A stretch of 64,000 nucleotides of DNA from contig CM074511.1 in NCBI GenBank assembly GCA_037379345.1, forward strand, positions 8,680,001-8,744,000. Direction: 5' to 3'. Below the pieces are notes generated by a model. The model was not told the DNA's origin and did not search any database. It was given only the letters and a program-made list of their open reading frames with translations. Both the position numbers and the translations under genes were made by a program. This DNA is from Perna viridis (lineage: Eukaryota). Shown piece by piece: positions 63,458 through 64,000 of the stretch (its first letter is position 1; each line of letters opens with the position of its first letter).

Positions 63458-63673
63458 CAGTCTTTCCATAGATTCAGTTTTTTTATCAGGACATTCAGTC
63501 CTGTGATGACATACTATTTTCAGGACCGAACCAAGTTTTACCACCCATTTTGACCTGAATCAAGAATGACTAATATCAGAAATTTTCTGGACTTCTGTTC
63601 TGGATGTTTTTACCGGTCCTGCCACATTTTTACTGGTGATATCTGACGGTCTGACGAACCTTTGGAAAGACTG
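63458..63673. mobile_element. 216-bp MITE with 11-bp TIRs and a 6-bp TSD
   Basis: AAATGT|CAGTCTTTCCA ... TGGAAAGACTG|AAATGT. Confidence 0.8.
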
Positions 63674-63806
63674 AAATGTATAGAGTATACAGAGATTTAA
63701 TCCTTCTATCATTTTACAGTACTAAAATCTTTGCCCAGTTATTCATCTGGTGATTGTGGTTTAATCAAGGGAAGACCAACTCTATTCCCTGAACATTATC
63801 ATTTAA

Positions 63807-64000
63807 GGTAGTAGACTTAGGGTAAGGGACATAACTCTTGAAATTAGTGATATGTGTGTATCATAATCAATTTCATCAAAGCATATCAAGTTTTTGTTTG
63901 AAACAGAATGAAACAGTCAAAGTTACTTTGATGTTTACATGAGATTGATTTAAAATGCTAAATACAAACGTTCTTATTATTTGTAAAAATGTCTCTTACT
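63807..64000. mobile_element. Second copy of the TTAA MITE (runs off the window end)
   Basis: TTAA|GGTAGTAGACTTAGGGTAAGGGACATAACTC..., colinear with 48476-48686. Confidence 0.85.

Overview
AT-rich eukaryotic, essentially non-coding DNA. The repeat families resemble those I recall from bivalve molluscs (mussel/oyster-like); this assignment is inference. There are no intact genes, RNA genes or CRISPR arrays. The + strand looks A-rich by eye and several splice-consensus short exons lie on the - strand, so the window most likely sits in long introns of one minus-strand gene. Candidate exons are a 39-nt phase-1/phase-1 microexon and two start-codon exons that also end in phase 1. The rest is mobile-element debris: a decayed L2/CR1-group LINE, a Penelope-like RT fragment with two solo tails, Helentron-associated (HINE/DINE-like) elements, TTAA-flanked Kolobok-like MITEs, TA- and 6-bp-TSD MITEs, Crypton-like hairpin elements and SINE-like elements. 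There are also about a dozen minisatellites, three with dimeric higher-order structure. The most interesting items are (1) a ~520-bp highly structured SINE-like element with a non-tRNA, ribozyme-like head (44931-45451), (2) a TTAA-flanked foldback element carrying 19 hairpin/poly-C units (22561-23378), and (3) the phase-1 exon set. All family names come from motif recall, not database searches.
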